A stretch of 64,000 nucleotides of DNA, from contig OX597840.1 in assembly GCA_951406725.2 (NCBI GenBank), positions 1,364,001-1,428,000 of the forward strand, in the 5' to 3' direction. This stretch comes from Octopus vulgaris. Lineage: Eukaryota. Made by a program: the position numbers and the translations under genes. The notes beneath the pieces are model-generated. The model had not been told where the DNA came from, did no database searches, and saw nothing but the letters and a program-made list of their open reading frames with translations. Of the stretch, positions 13,073 to 26,364 are shown one piece after another (the first letter of the stretch is position 1; every line of letters begins with the position of its first letter).

Positions 13073-13857
13073 AATAAATATATATATATATGTATTTATA
13101 TATGTATATATATACATATACATATATATGCATATGCGTATATATATATATAAATATATATATATATATGCATATACATATACATAACATATATTTATAA
13201 ACACACACATATTTATATATATAAATACATATGTATATATATATATACATACACACTTATAGATAGATAGATACATAGATAGATAGAAAAATGGACGCAT
13301 AGATAGGTAGATAGCCGTACATATATAGACATACAGGGGATGGACAAAATAATGAAAACACCTTTTGTAATAGATGTTCCTTGATTTAATCCGAAGATGG
13401 CTGACATACGACTTCCACTTCAGCTTAAATGCGTCGAGAAATTGACGAAAGTTGTCGCGTGGATATTCCAAATTGTTGAATACTAAGCCATTCTTCAAGA
13501 GGAGAAAAACACTTTTAGAGCCCACTCAGCGTCGAGGGAAGCAGCTTTATATATACTGCTCCAAAATGCACCATAAGTGATCGATTATATTTCGATCTAG
13601 TGATTGGGCGGTGGGGGTGGGTGTTAATCAAAATGTCTGCTGGACTATTGTGTTCTTCCTACCAACTCAAAATAATATTAGCCGTGCAATTTGGTACATT
13701 ATCACCCTGGTAACGATGCGCTACCATCAAGGAAAAAATGTCCATTGTTGACCTTGAGCACTGCAATGGCCTGCCGTCACTTATAAATGGAAGGTTGTGA
13801 TTTCGGTCCCTTCTTCACAAAGGAAATCGGGCATCCGAGTTTCTGAAGCTTAGGGTT

Positions 13858-14459
13858 GAGGAAAAAACTAAGTTCCTGGCTTTAAGAGCATCGCACAAGA
13901 CCTGGCTGGGGCTCAATATTCTTTTGCAAGGCTTAGAAAAACTAACGGACCACTGCATTAACTGTGTGAATCTGAGAAGGGAATATCTTTATATATAAAA
14001 GTCAAGTTGTGTGTCTGTCTCCTACGATTTAGATTCTTAACTACTCCCACATTTTGCGGTGCAGTTTAACCAAAACCGGGTATCTTATAGTCGTGATTCA
14101 TATCGAGCCCTTGTGGGTATTAGCGCGCGTCTACGATGAGTCTACGATTTAAAAAAGAAAATTACCATAATTTTTTTCCCATTTTTAATGCATTTTTTTT
14201 GCTATTATATAGGGAAGTAACTCTCTAAAAATGCATTATTAAATCTCAGAACGTAAAAAGCTACAGTAACACCCCCCTTTGTGGTTAGCCATATTGAGAT
14301 GGCTGTTATACTTTTACATCTCTAAAAATGCTTATATAGTTATTTCCCTTACAAACCCGAGCAACGCCGTGCGATACTGCTAGTGTTCAATAAAAACATA
14401 ACTGATTCTCCTTATTTTTCTTTTAACCAAATCTAGGAATTTTCCATCACCCCAACGTA
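13858..14459 (+). mobile_element. Mariner-type deletion derivative with transposase C-terminus, split by a Helitron
   Basis: QGLEKLTDHCINCVNLRREY|VQ* after removing 13986-14383; degenerate TIR words AAGTTCCTGGCTTT and AAATCTAGGAATTTT..CGTA. Confidence 0.65.
13986..14383 (+). mobile_element. Non-autonomous Helitron
   Basis: 5' TC, 3' CTAG, subterminal GC hairpin CCCGAGCAACGCCG(T)G; inserted between A and T with no TSD. Confidence 0.92.
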
Positions 14460-14927
14460 TTACGATATACAAGACAATCATAAAACATATGGACGCTTAT
14501 ATACAGACACTTATGTACAGACGCTGTATACAGACTTGTTAAAATGTTATACAGTCAATAAAAAAATCAATAGTAGTGAAATAAGAAGTGACGTTTCCAT
14601 TATTTTGACCAACCTCTACATCTACGTATCCGTGTGTATGTGTGCCTTCGTATATTGTTATGATAGCGAAATGCTTAGCAACTACCGCTAAAGTATTTCT
14701 TTTATGCAAAGTGATTAGCAGAGTGCTAGCTTAATGACAGTAAAAAAAACAAAAAAAACGTATATCGGTTTTAGTATAAGAAAATAATGATATACTTAAG
14801 TATATACTTATGTTACTAGTGAAACGAAAAGTCACATCAAATTGAAATCAATATATACTTAAGTTTATTTCCAAGTGACTCTTCGTTAAATCTCTATGTA
14901 GGTAAGTACATAACACAGATAAAAATA

Positions 14928-14996
<69 letters not shown>

Positions 14997-15295
14997 GTAT
15001 GTATATGTATGTATGCATATGTGTGTATATATGTGTGTATGAAGATATAGACTTATTGCTTGTATTAACCAGGTAATACCTGGCAACGGAACAATTGATC
15101 TTTGCAGTCATTCCTTTATCTCTTCAAAGTCATTCGTTTGAAGAGATACACTAATGTATTGTAATACTATCACGTATTATTATAATGTTATCAAGCAATA
15201 CATTTTTATCGTACTTATATCTTTGTCGCGTACAATTTTTTCAGTAAATATTTGAATGCCGTTATGTATACTTATACCTAAACCAAACGCATTAA

Positions 15296-15348
<53 letters not shown>

Positions 15349-15356
15349 GTCTTTTT

Positions 15357-15387
<31 letters not shown>

Positions 15388-15403
15388 ATCTATCTATCTA
15401 TCC

Positions 15404-15437
<34 letters not shown>

Positions 15438-15481
15438 TTATCTCACTCTCTCTCTCTCTCAATATATATATATATATATAT

Positions 15482-15932
15482 GCAGACACGCTCGTCCCGC
15501 ATCCCAGTTCTCGCGGATGCCCCTCAGAGTCGCCAGCTTCCGCAGTAGTGGCTCGAGAGTCAATACGTATAGAAGCGACAAGAGGGGGCATCCCTGACGG
15601 ACCGAACGTGTAAATTCGAAAGGTCTCGATAGATGTCCATTTACGCGAATTACCGAACGGATACCTCTGTACAAGCTATCCAGCCGCGGAAGACGGGACC
15701 GAAACCAGCCGCTCTCAGGACTGCCTCCAAGTATCGATGGTTTACCCTATCGAAAGCTTTCGATTGATCCAAATTGATCAGGGCCCCACCCATGCCAGGT
15801 TCCTTAACTACTCTATCTATGATGTAGCGCATCAAATAGAGGTTACCATGGATGCTCCGGCCCGGCACGGTGCACGTTCGCACCCTGTCGACTTGTTTCT
15901 CGATGACAAGCGCCAACCTCTTGGCTAACAGC
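15482..15932 (-). mobile_element. Tx1/L1-clade reverse transcriptase fragment (frameshift near 15672)
   Basis: KLLAKRL..PGRSI..LDQSKAFDRVNH..GFG../YRGIRSVIRVNG..RSVRQGCPLLSLLYVLTLEPL. Confidence 0.92.
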
Positions 15933-15952
15933 TTAGTCAAAGAGGTTGGCGC

Positions 15953-16366
15953 TTGAAAATTTGTGGCGTTATTTGAAAATTAAAATTCATTCAAGAGCCC
16001 CAACGTGCATTTCAGTTTCGAAGAAAATTTGTCAAGAAGAATGGGAACAAATTCCTAAAGAAACATGCGAGTCAATGATTAAGAACTACAAGAAGAGATT
16101 GGTTGAAGTGGAACTGAATAATGGTTATGCTATGAAGTATTAAATCAGAATTATCAGTTAATTATGTTCTGTACAAATACTTTTTTCACCCCTAAATATT
16201 TATAATTGAATATAAATTCCTTAGATACTATCATTTATTAGTTTCTCTTGTATATTCTTAATTTATACATGTGTATGTAAATATAGTATTGGTATATCAC
16301 ATTTATGTTCATTAGAAAATAAAAATAAAATTTTGACATGAACGAATATTTATTTACCCTCCACTG
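15953..16366 (+). mobile_element. Tc1-type transposon right end (transposase C-terminus and TIR)
   Basis: ENLWRYLK..CQEEWEQIP..C..MIKNYKKRL..NNGYAMKY*; terminus AATATTTATTTACCCTCCACTG-TA at 16366; an inner similar word AATACTTTTTTCACCCCT near 16176. Confidence 0.88.
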
Positions 16367-16371
16367 TACGC

Positions 16372-16622
16372 GTAAGTTCCTTCCCGAGAGGTACAGACAC
16401 ATAATGGCCGGTTTCCCTGTTTCCAAGGCGTATACATTCCCCACAAAGAGGGGACACCAGTTCATGGCAGGATTACTCATATTTTCCAGGCGAGTGGTTT
16501 GGATCAGCGTGAAACGAAGAATTTTCCTGAAGAACAGAACGCATCTCCCGCTCCAGGAATCGAAACCATAATCTTACGATCACGAACCCACTAAACACTA
16601 AACACTAAGCCACGCGCATCCA
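16372..16622 (-). mobile_element. CORE-like SINE family S2, degenerate
   Basis: Reverse complement matches 11349-11597 (CCGGTTTCC..CCAGGAATCGAAACC..CACTAAGCCACGCG). Confidence 0.75.
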
Positions 16623-16688
16623 CACGCAAACATAGACACAAATGTATATATATTCACACATACATACACACAGACATATATATATGTG

Positions 16689-16816
<128 letters not shown>

Positions 16817-16998
16817 TAAAATCATATACTTAGAGATTCTTCATATTCAGTCTAATTTATTCTATAAATCACTCACTCATATATATTCGAGTTTTGGTGG
16901 CACACATAAGTAGATATATTTTTCTTGCGAGACAGTTAGAGAGATGCATTCCTGCCTTTTCACACCTCCCATATTTCCCCCGCGAACTTCACGTAAGC

Positions 16999-17043
<45 letters not shown>

Positions 17044-17192
17044 CACATATATATCAATATGTTATGAATTTGAAGATCTCATCAAACAATTTCACCTCAG
17101 TAATGAATAATGGATAATTAAGATATATTAGTATTACCCAGAAATTCATATATACACACAGACACACACACATATCTTATTACATATCGTAT

Positions 17193-17281
<89 letters not shown>

Positions 17282-17429
17282 TGTATGTATGTATATATGT
17301 ATGTATGTATATATATATATATGTATATATGTATGTATGTGTATATATATATATATATGTATGTATGTATATATATATAATATAAATACAGATATAGATA
17401 TATACATACAAACGTACATAGTCTCATAT

Positions 17430-17535
<106 letters not shown>

Positions 17536-17982
17536 ATGAATGATTTCTTAGCTTTACATCATGGCCACTAAAATTTATAAATTTAAAAGCAATTTTATTT
17601 CACTATCTTTCGATATTAAACTAGAAAATTTCATTTAATTTCCTGAAAAAAATGTAAACACGATGATGATGATGATGATGACGTTGGTGATGATAATGGC
17701 GATGATGATGATGATGAGAATAAGATGCTGATAAAAAGAAGGAGGAGACGAAGAACAACAACAAAAACAACACCACCAACACCAACAGTAACAACCATTA
17801 CATTCCTCATAATAATGAAATGCTATTTGAAAAACACATTTTCATTTATTTTACGATATAAGTTTTGATTTTGATATATTGTTGTTATTCCTAACGTTGT
17901 GGAATTTATTGTCGTCGTGGTGGTCGTGGCGGTGGTGGTGGAGCATTAGAGGTGGCGGAATGGAAGTCTTAATTTGAGCAGT

Positions 17983-19530
17983 AGGTGAGCTGGCAGAATT
18001 GTTACGGCCCCTGGCAAATTGCATACCGGTATTTCGAAGGCGGCGAGCTGGCAGAAACGTTAGCATGCCGGTCGAAATGCGTATTCGTATTTCGTCTGCT
18101 GTTATGTTCTGAGTTCAAATTCCGCCGAGGTCGACTTTGCCTTTCATCCTTTCGGGGTCGATAAATTAATTACTGGTTGCACACTGGGGTCGATATAATC
18201 GACTTAATTCGTTTGTCTGTCCTTGTTTCTCCTCTCTGTGTTTAGCCCCTTGTGGGTAGTAAAGAAATAGGTATTTCGACCGCTAGAAGGCGGCGAGCTG
18301 GCAGAAACGTTAGCACGCCGGGCGAAATGCTTAGCGGTATTTCGTCTGCTATTATGTTCTGAGTTCAAATTCCGCCGAGGTCAACTTTGACTTTCATCCT
18401 TTTGGTGTCGATAAATTAAGTACCAGTTACCTATTGGGGTCGATATAATCGACTTAATCCGTTTGTCTGTCCTTGTTTGTCACCTCTGTGTTTAGCTCCT
18501 TGTGGGCAATAAAGAAATAAGAAACGTTAGCATGTCGGGCAAAATGCTTAGCGGTATTTCGTCTGCCGTTACATTCTGAGGTCAAATGTCTCGAGGTTGA
18601 CTTTGCCTTTCATCATTTAGGGGTCGATAAATTAAGTACCAGTTACGCACTGGGGTCGATGTAATCGACTTAATCTGTCTGTCTTTCCTTGTTTGTCCTC
18701 TCTGTGTTTAGCCCCTTGTGGGTAGTAAAGAAATAGGTATTTCGACCGCTTTTATTTTCTCAGTTCAAATTCTGCCGCGGTCGAATTTCCCCCTTTATAA
18801 CCCCCGAGTCAGTAAAAGAGGTACCATCTAAGCACAGGGGGCGATTTAATGATCGTATCTCTCCATCGAAATTGGTGGCATATTACCAAGAATTGGAAAT
18901 TGATAATTGCGGCGAGCTGACAGAATCGCTATGGCGTCAAGCAAAATGTTTAGCGGCTTTTCGACCCTGTTTTTACGCTTTGAGCTAAAATTCCATCGAG
19001 GTCGACTTCAATAACATCGGGCTCAATAAAATAAGTGACAATTTAGCACTACGGTCGAGCCTTCCCGACTGCGATGATATTTCTGGCCTTTTCTCAAAAT
19101 TCCAATCCAATAAAGGGTTTTAATAATGGCAGCCAGCCGAAGGATCTTTATCATATCGACCAAAATGCTTAGCGTTACTTGTTCGGGTTTTTACTTTCGG
19201 AGTTCAAATGCTGCCGAAGTCGACATTGGCCATTTTGTTTTATGTTTTCTGCTTCACCCGCCGAAATATTTATCGCAGAATGAAAACCCTCCGCTGCATT
19301 ATTTGTTATGGGAAGATCCTGAAGAATACGCTGATTAACATTCTATACAGCTATTGGGAATGTAGGTTGTTCTCTCCTTCGCAGTTGACTACTTGGGTGG
19401 ATGTTATCGACTTTGGCCTTTCTATTTTCTGGGTCGATATAATAATGTACCGTTTAACGACTGGAATAGATGTTATTGGCCTGTCCGCTTCTCTTAAAGT
19501 GCTGACCTTGTGTCAAATTTAGATAGAAAT
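17983..19530 (+). mobile_element. Nested head-to-tail cluster of family M SINEs: three young copies (18038-18269, 18286-18519, 18520-18735) inside an older copy, then about three decayed copies
   Basis: Repeated GGCGAGCTGGCAGAA heads and GGGGTCGATAAA cores; GGTATTTCGA(CCGCT) duplicated at 18028, 18270 and 18736. Confidence 0.9.
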
Positions 19531-19625
19531 GTTTTAGATTTCAACGTGTTGTCAATCATGAAGTTCAGCACGCCTTGGCAGAAGTCTTGGTCTGCCTAAG
19601 TCCGTTCCACACTTTTATACAAATA

Positions 19626-19834
19626 CTCTCTCTTTTACTCTTTTACTTGTTTCAGTCATTTGACTGCGGCCATGCTGGAGCACCGCCTTTAGTCGAACAA
19701 ATCGACCCCGGGACATATTCTTTGTAAGCCCAGTACTTATTCTATCGCTTTTGCCGAACCGCTAAGTGATGGCGACGTAAACACACCAGCATTGGTTGTC
19801 AAGCAATGCTAGGGGGACAAACACAGACACACAA

Positions 19835-19914
<80 letters not shown>

Positions 19915-20102
19915 ATATATATATTTTTTTTCTCTCCTTCTCTCTGTGTTTTTTTTCTCTCTGTGTATCTTTCTGTTGAAGAGCGTAGGCTCGAAACGTT
20001 AAAGATTTGTTTTACTTATATTTCCTGAGCGCCATACTAATACAATTGTTCGTTTGTTTTCCACCTGCCTTCGTCTTTTGTCTATTTTCATAAAGCTTCC
20101 CG

Positions 20103-20154
<52 letters not shown>

Positions 20155-20318
20155 ACATATATACGACAGGCTTCTTTCAGTTTCCGCCTACCAAATCCAC
20201 TCACAAGGCTTTGGTCGGCTCGAGGCTATAGTAGAAGACACTTGCCCAAGATGCCACGCAGTGGGACTGAACCCGGAACCATGTGGTTGGTAAGCAAGCT
20301 ACTTACCACTCAGCCACT
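19626..20318 (-). mobile_element. SINE family S1 interrupted in its internal microsatellite
   Basis: 3' half 19626-19840 and 5' half 20163-20318 match 33731-34130. Confidence 0.9.
19925..20102 (+). mobile_element. Short Penelope-like repeat (family P1) with hammerhead-like motif
   Basis: CTTT-CTGTTGAA-GAGC-gtag-GCTC-GAAACGTT-AAAG; reverse copies at 41788-41985 and 63451-63647. Confidence 0.65.
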
Positions 20319-20324
20319 ATAAAA

Positions 20325-20620
20325 TTTGTATTCTTCAAGATCTTTCTGGGATACTGTCACTTTATATTACTCTGTGACCCAGAGCCTTTCTGCTTGTATG
20401 TACATGTCTTTAAGTCTTTCGTATACCTTATCGCAGACTGGTGCAAAATATACTATGATGGACAGGCGAAATCTATGAAGTCCCAAAATATTTGGTATTC
20501 AATTTGCAGAAACTCTTCATATTTTCTGGGCTTCACTTCTGAATCGACGACTATGTTCTTCGGCAGGGTCCATTACTTTCCTGAGTGGAATTAGTCCAAT
20601 ACCTCCATCACCTTAATGAA
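20325..20620 (-). mobile_element. Possible very decayed R4/Dong endonuclease remnant
   Basis: Broken minus frames give IFWDF..IDFACP..ERLW..; weak. Confidence 0.3.
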
Positions 20621-20696
20621 TATTTCCTGTTTCCCTGACAAGCAGAACTCTGGATAAGACTATATAATGGAAATAAAATCGAAGTGTTCATCCAAA

Positions 20697-21143
20697 TTAA
20701 GTTAAGTTAATTTTTTGGCTCAAAAAGCAAAAAGTAAGGCCATGTGGGGGGACAAGGAGTTATGTACAGGGAGGGTGTTCATGCAAAGAGTTCAGGTCAT
20801 TTCTGGTCAAGAGAGACTTTGAACCGTGCGGTCGTCAGCATCTTCACTATCTCGTCCGACAGCTTATTCCACGGATCTGCAACCCGGACGGAGAAAGCCC
20901 ATCTCCTTCGATTGAGATGAAATCGTCGCAGATAGAGCTTTTCAAAGTGACCCCACAGCCACGCTCTGGAGCAGGAGTGAAGAACAGCTCTTTCGAGAGG
21001 TTACACTTTCCGCTTATGATGTTGTGAGCGATAATGAGATCACCACGGCGTCGTTGTTTTTTCTAGAGAATAAAGGTCGAGCGTCTTCAGCCTTTCTTCA
21101 TAAGACAAATGCTTGAGGCCAAGAACCATGCGGGTAGCCAGCG
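20697..21143 (-). mobile_element. CR1-clade LINE 3' end
   Basis: [57 protein letters not shown], then a short UTR ending in TTAAC-like repeats. Confidence 0.9.
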
Positions 21144-21278
21144 AGCAATGCGCTGGGATATTTCCGCATCGGTTGTCTTTTACCATTTCTCTTCATGAAC
21201 CTCACTGTAAATGTGTTGGTTTGTTACTGCATATTTCTACATTTATTCACCCAAGGCCTTTCGCTTTTCATATATTGG

Positions 21279-21495
21279 CGCAGGCGTGGCTGTGTGGTAA
21301 GTGGCTTGCTTACCAACTACATGGGCCCGGAATTAGTTTCATTGCGTGGCTCCTTGGCCAAGCGGCTTCTATTATAGCTTCGCGCCAACAAAAGCCTTAT
21401 GAGTAGATTTGGTAGGCAGAAACTGAAACACGTCGTGTATACATATCACCATTTGAAAACCGGTGTTGGTGTGTTTACGTTCCCGTGACTTAGTT
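21279..21495 (+). mobile_element. SINE family S1, degenerate
   Basis: GCAGGCGTGGCTGTGTGGTAAG..GATTTGGTAG..AAACTGAAA..GGTGTGTTTACGT. Confidence 0.75.
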
Positions 21496-21744
21496 TACCA
21501 CAGTTTTCAAACAGAGGCAGCATTCTTATACCTCAATGGACCGGTGACATCTTGTAGCTATATCGGAGTCATAAAATATCAGTAAAGTGAGTTGTAACAA
21601 CTGGGGCGTATAACAGAAGACACATGACCATAGATCAAGGCTGCATTACCGCTAAAGTTACGAGGGTGTAAACACACCAACACCGGATGTCAAGTGGTAA
21701 TTGCGGGACAAACACAGAGACATATAACTATATATACATACATA

Positions 21745-21903
<159 letters not shown>

Positions 21904-22252
21904 CGAGCAGAAGTAGTGGGGGAGCATCATAGCCATGTGTTGAGAGGGATTCTTTGGGGTTTGAATAATTCACCTCTGGAAACATGGGTGGTTCTTTCAA
22001 CATCCTTAAACAACCCTTATTCAGGGACCTTTTGAGCGGGATGAACTACTCGACCAGAAGAAAATTCTAACAGTGCCCCATCTGCAAGGTCATGTGCTGT
22101 TTATCTTTTTATGAGATCACCATGTCGCGCACATATGGTTGTGATGCATGTGCCTGGTGTACCCTTATCAGACGGGTAGTCATGATGGGTATATTGGGCT
22201 TCGTATATTTTACCCCAGTGTCGCTTTGATGGCATGAACTGCTCTCTCACTC
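21904..22252 (+). mobile_element. AAT-targeting retroelement 3' end (subfamily C) within long (AAT)n
   Basis: Flanked by (AAT)n 21753-21903 and 22253-22371; begins with SHVLRGIL, resembling the Dong C-terminal SHVLRRAL; matches 7731-8019. Confidence 0.8.
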
Positions 22253-22264
22253 AATAATAATAAT

Positions 22265-22345
<81 letters not shown>

Positions 22346-22788
22346 TAATAACAATAATAATAATAATAATAACATTAGGGAGTATAACTCCAAACTTACA
22401 GGGAAAAATTCAATTTAATATTACGTCAAATTTCACAGTATAAATATATATAATATATTGGTGCAAAACGGGGCTCCTTCTACTCACGTGCATGGACAGA
22501 GGAAGAACACCTAAATTCAGATTAGATTCAGCTTTGATCGCAAATATTAATTGGTTATTCATTTCTGATTTTCGTGCTGCTCGACAGAGACACACAAACA
22601 CAAATTCACACACAAATCAAGGCCCTCGCACATAAATAAACACACATACACGTACGCACGCATGCACGGAAGTACTTACATAGTACATTGATGCATATAT
22701 ATTGGTATATCTGTGTCAATATGCTTGTTTGGGCGCACGCGTACCGTGATTGCACCAATATTACTCTCTCATCCTCTTTCTGCTAATG

Positions 22789-22827
<39 letters not shown>

Positions 22828-23219
22828 ATGTGTGTGTTTGTCTGTGCATGTGCGTGTGTCTCCGTTTTTGTGTGTGCGTATGTGCCCATAACCATGTAAG
22901 TATATATATACATATATATATATATACATACATACATATATATATATATACATACACATATATATATCTATCTATATATATATATATATATATATACATA
23001 TATGCATAATCGCATACACACACACACACATATATATATGTATATATATACGTTTGCTTATGAATGTGCATGTGTGCGTTTTTGTGTGTGTGTATGTGTC
23101 CATAACCACGTATATACATATACACACACATATATATACATATATATTTGTATAAACACATACACACACAGTTGAATAAATACTTATGCATACATACATA
23201 CATACCTACATACATATAA

Positions 23220-23275
<56 letters not shown>

Positions 23276-23305
23276 ATATATATACATATACATAACATAC
23301 ATATA

Positions 23306-23348
<43 letters not shown>

Positions 23349-23609
23349 TCACATATATATATATATACACACTCACATATATATATATATATGTTCAAGT
23401 GTGTGTATGTATAGTCCGACATGCACATGTGCACAGCTGTTGTAGTTGCCAAGGCTCATGCTTCACGTTCCAGAATTTTAATGAATAGCTTTAATTCTGT
23501 GTATAATTACTTGGCCGTTATTTATTTTGGAATACTTTCTGGTTGTAATCACTTGTAAACCTATATATTTATTGTACTTTAGTTCGTGGCGGAATGGCGT
23601 CGGTCATAT

Positions 23610-23772
23610 TGGTGATGGTGATGATGATGATGATGATGGTAATAATGGTGATGGTGATGGGGAGAGGGAGGAGGAGCAGGAGGGGGAGGGCGTGATGGAC
23701 ACGCAGGCGATGATCATGATATGGATGATGATGGTTGTTGTGGTAGTGGTGATGATGATGATGATGATGATA

Positions 23773-23808
<36 letters not shown>

Positions 23809-24477
23809 GTTATGATGATGATGATGTTGATGATGATGAGGAGGAGCAGGGGGAGGAGGTGGAATAGGAGGGTAATGAACACGCACACGATGATCATGAC
23901 ATGGATGATGATGGTGGTGGTGTTGGTGGTGGTAGTGGTGATGATGATGAAGATGATGAGGCTGGTGGTGATGGTGATGCTGCTGCTGATGATGATGATG
24001 TCAAACGATGATGGCAATGATTATGATGAAGAAGATGATGATCATGATGATGATGGTGCTGGTGGCGGCGGTGGAGGTGATGGTGCCGCTGCTTATGATT
24101 GTGACGCTGATGATGGTGATGATGATGATGGTGATGGTAATGATGATGATGATGAGGAGGAGGATGATGACGATGATGATGATGATGATAATGATGATGA
24201 TTGTGACGATGATGATGATGATAATGATGATGATGGTGATAGTAATGATGATGATGATGATGATGATGAGGATGATGATGATGATAATGAACATGATGCT
24301 GTTAACACTGACACTCATAAGGTTGATAATCGTGATAATAAAAGTGATTGTGATGGTCCTGGTGGGGTTGGTAGCGGTCGATGATCTTGGCTCTTATGAT
24401 GAGAATTATTGGATGATGACCACCATCGTAGTGGACGGGTAAAGGGTGTTGTTGGTGGTGACGACGACGACGATAAA

Positions 24478-24508
<31 letters not shown>

Positions 24509-24528
24509 ATGATGACGATGTTGATGAC

Positions 24529-24575
<47 letters not shown>

Positions 24576-24661
24576 CAATGATGCTGTTGATGATGATGAT
24601 GACAACGACAATGATGATGATGATAATGATGATAATGATGATCATGATGGTGATGATGATA

Positions 24662-24720
<59 letters not shown>

Positions 24721-24955
24721 GATGATGATGAAGATGATGATGATGATGATGAAGATGATGATGATGATGATGATGATGATAGTGAGGATGATGATGTAGA
24801 TGATGATGGTGACTGATGATGATGGTAGTGGTGATGAAGAAGGTGTGATGATGCTGATGATGATTACGATGATGATGATGCTGGTGGAGAAGGTACTGCT
24901 CCTGCTGCTGGTGATCATTTTTTCGATGATAATGATAATGATGATGATGATGATT
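23610..24955. repeat. ~1.35-kb degenerate (GAT/GGT/GAG)n trinucleotide tract
   Basis: Directly visible; yields poly-D, poly-M, poly-I and poly-H ORFs in several frames. Confidence 0.95.
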
Positions 24956-24984
24956 ATACTAAATACTTATCTATATATACATTT

Positions 24985-25178
24985 ATCGTTTACCTGTTTC
25001 AGTCATTAAACTGCGGCCATGCTGGGGCACTGCCCTGAATATTTAACTCGAATGAATCGACGACAGGACTAGTCGACCTGAGGTTATAGTAGTAGTTACT
25101 GGCCCAAGGTGCCACTCAGTGAGACTGAACACAGAACCACCGGATATCGAGTTGTGAAGGAGGGACTTTTACCAAACA

Positions 25179-25181
<3 letters not shown>
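24985..25181 (-). mobile_element. SINE family S1, internally deleted
   Basis: TGTTTCAGTCA..GCGGCCATGCTGG tail joined directly to GCCCAAGGTGCCAC..GACTGAAC..ACAGCC head. Confidence 0.7.
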
Positions 25182-25231
<50 letters not shown>

Positions 25232-25935
25232 TTATATATGAGACTTGACTCTGAACCACGTGTATGTATATATGTATATATATATATATATATGTGATGT
25301 ATGCACGTATGTATGATACACATCGTCGCTATTATGTTAAACTGTCGTATGTTTAAATGTTTGCCTAATACGCTTTTTAAAAATATTTATTCTTGCTTGC
25401 AATAGCCGTTCTGTTTCGTCAAACTGTCGTATCTCCAGCTGTTTCAGATGCCAACTTACTAAAACTTATCAAAGTGTTGCTCAACGAGTAGAACGGTTTT
25501 GCTATGGAATGGTGAAACTATGTTTTCGTTAACTGAATATGCGACGTTTTGGACTTACGATAGTTTTGCATTATAGCAACAAAGTATATTTGGTAAGTAT
25601 ATGCATTTATATGCATATCAGTGTGCGTGCAGACATGCGTAAATCCATGCATACATAATACTAACATACACACGTACATACACACATATATACAAAATAC
25701 ATACACACATACATACATGCTCACATACATACATACATTCATGCATAGATACATAGATACATACATACAAACATACATACATGCATACATACATGCACAG
25801 ATACATACATGCAATCATACATGAATACATACATACATACACACATACATACATACATGCATACATACATACAAGCACACATACATACAAACACACACAT
25901 ACATACATACATACATACTCACATACATACATACT

Positions 25936-25985
<50 letters not shown>

Positions 25986-26364
25986 TACACACACATATAC
26001 ATACAAGCATACATACATACATGCATACATACAAAGCCAGAAAGGAAAAAGCTGATTCGAAGACTTCAGATCTCATCCAGCCCCGAAACTGTAACAATTT
26101 GTCAAAGGATCCAGAGGTTTAACGTATAAGCATATATGAGCAAGTCTAGATATTCAACTATATACATGAGAACAGATGCATAAAACAAAACACACAGACC
26201 TGCACTTATTTACACAAACATACAAAACACCTTGTTCATGTTGAAATTCCTATGAAGGAGCTTTAGATCGATGCTAGAAACCGCGTCCTTATTGGCAAGA
26301 ATCGTCGAAATAACGCTCTGTAATGACATACGTCATTCATATACATGTACATTTATATATAATA

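Larger units (their letters stand above)
13334..14618. mobile_element. Degenerate Tc1-like non-autonomous element (outer shell of a nest)
   Basis: TA-CAGGGGATGGACAAAATAATGAAAACACC at 13334-13362 and an imperfect inverted copy GACGTTTCCATTATTTTGACCAACCTCTA at 14590-14618. Confidence 0.6.

Noticed and set aside
23527-24816. Asp-rich biomineralisation-like protein gene
   Set aside because: The frame drifts between poly-D and poly-M, ORFs exist on both strands, and there is no credible start or signal peptide.
25395-25500. Additional hammerhead (minus-strand GAAACAGCTG)
   Set aside because: The CUGANGA core and helices could not be reconstructed.
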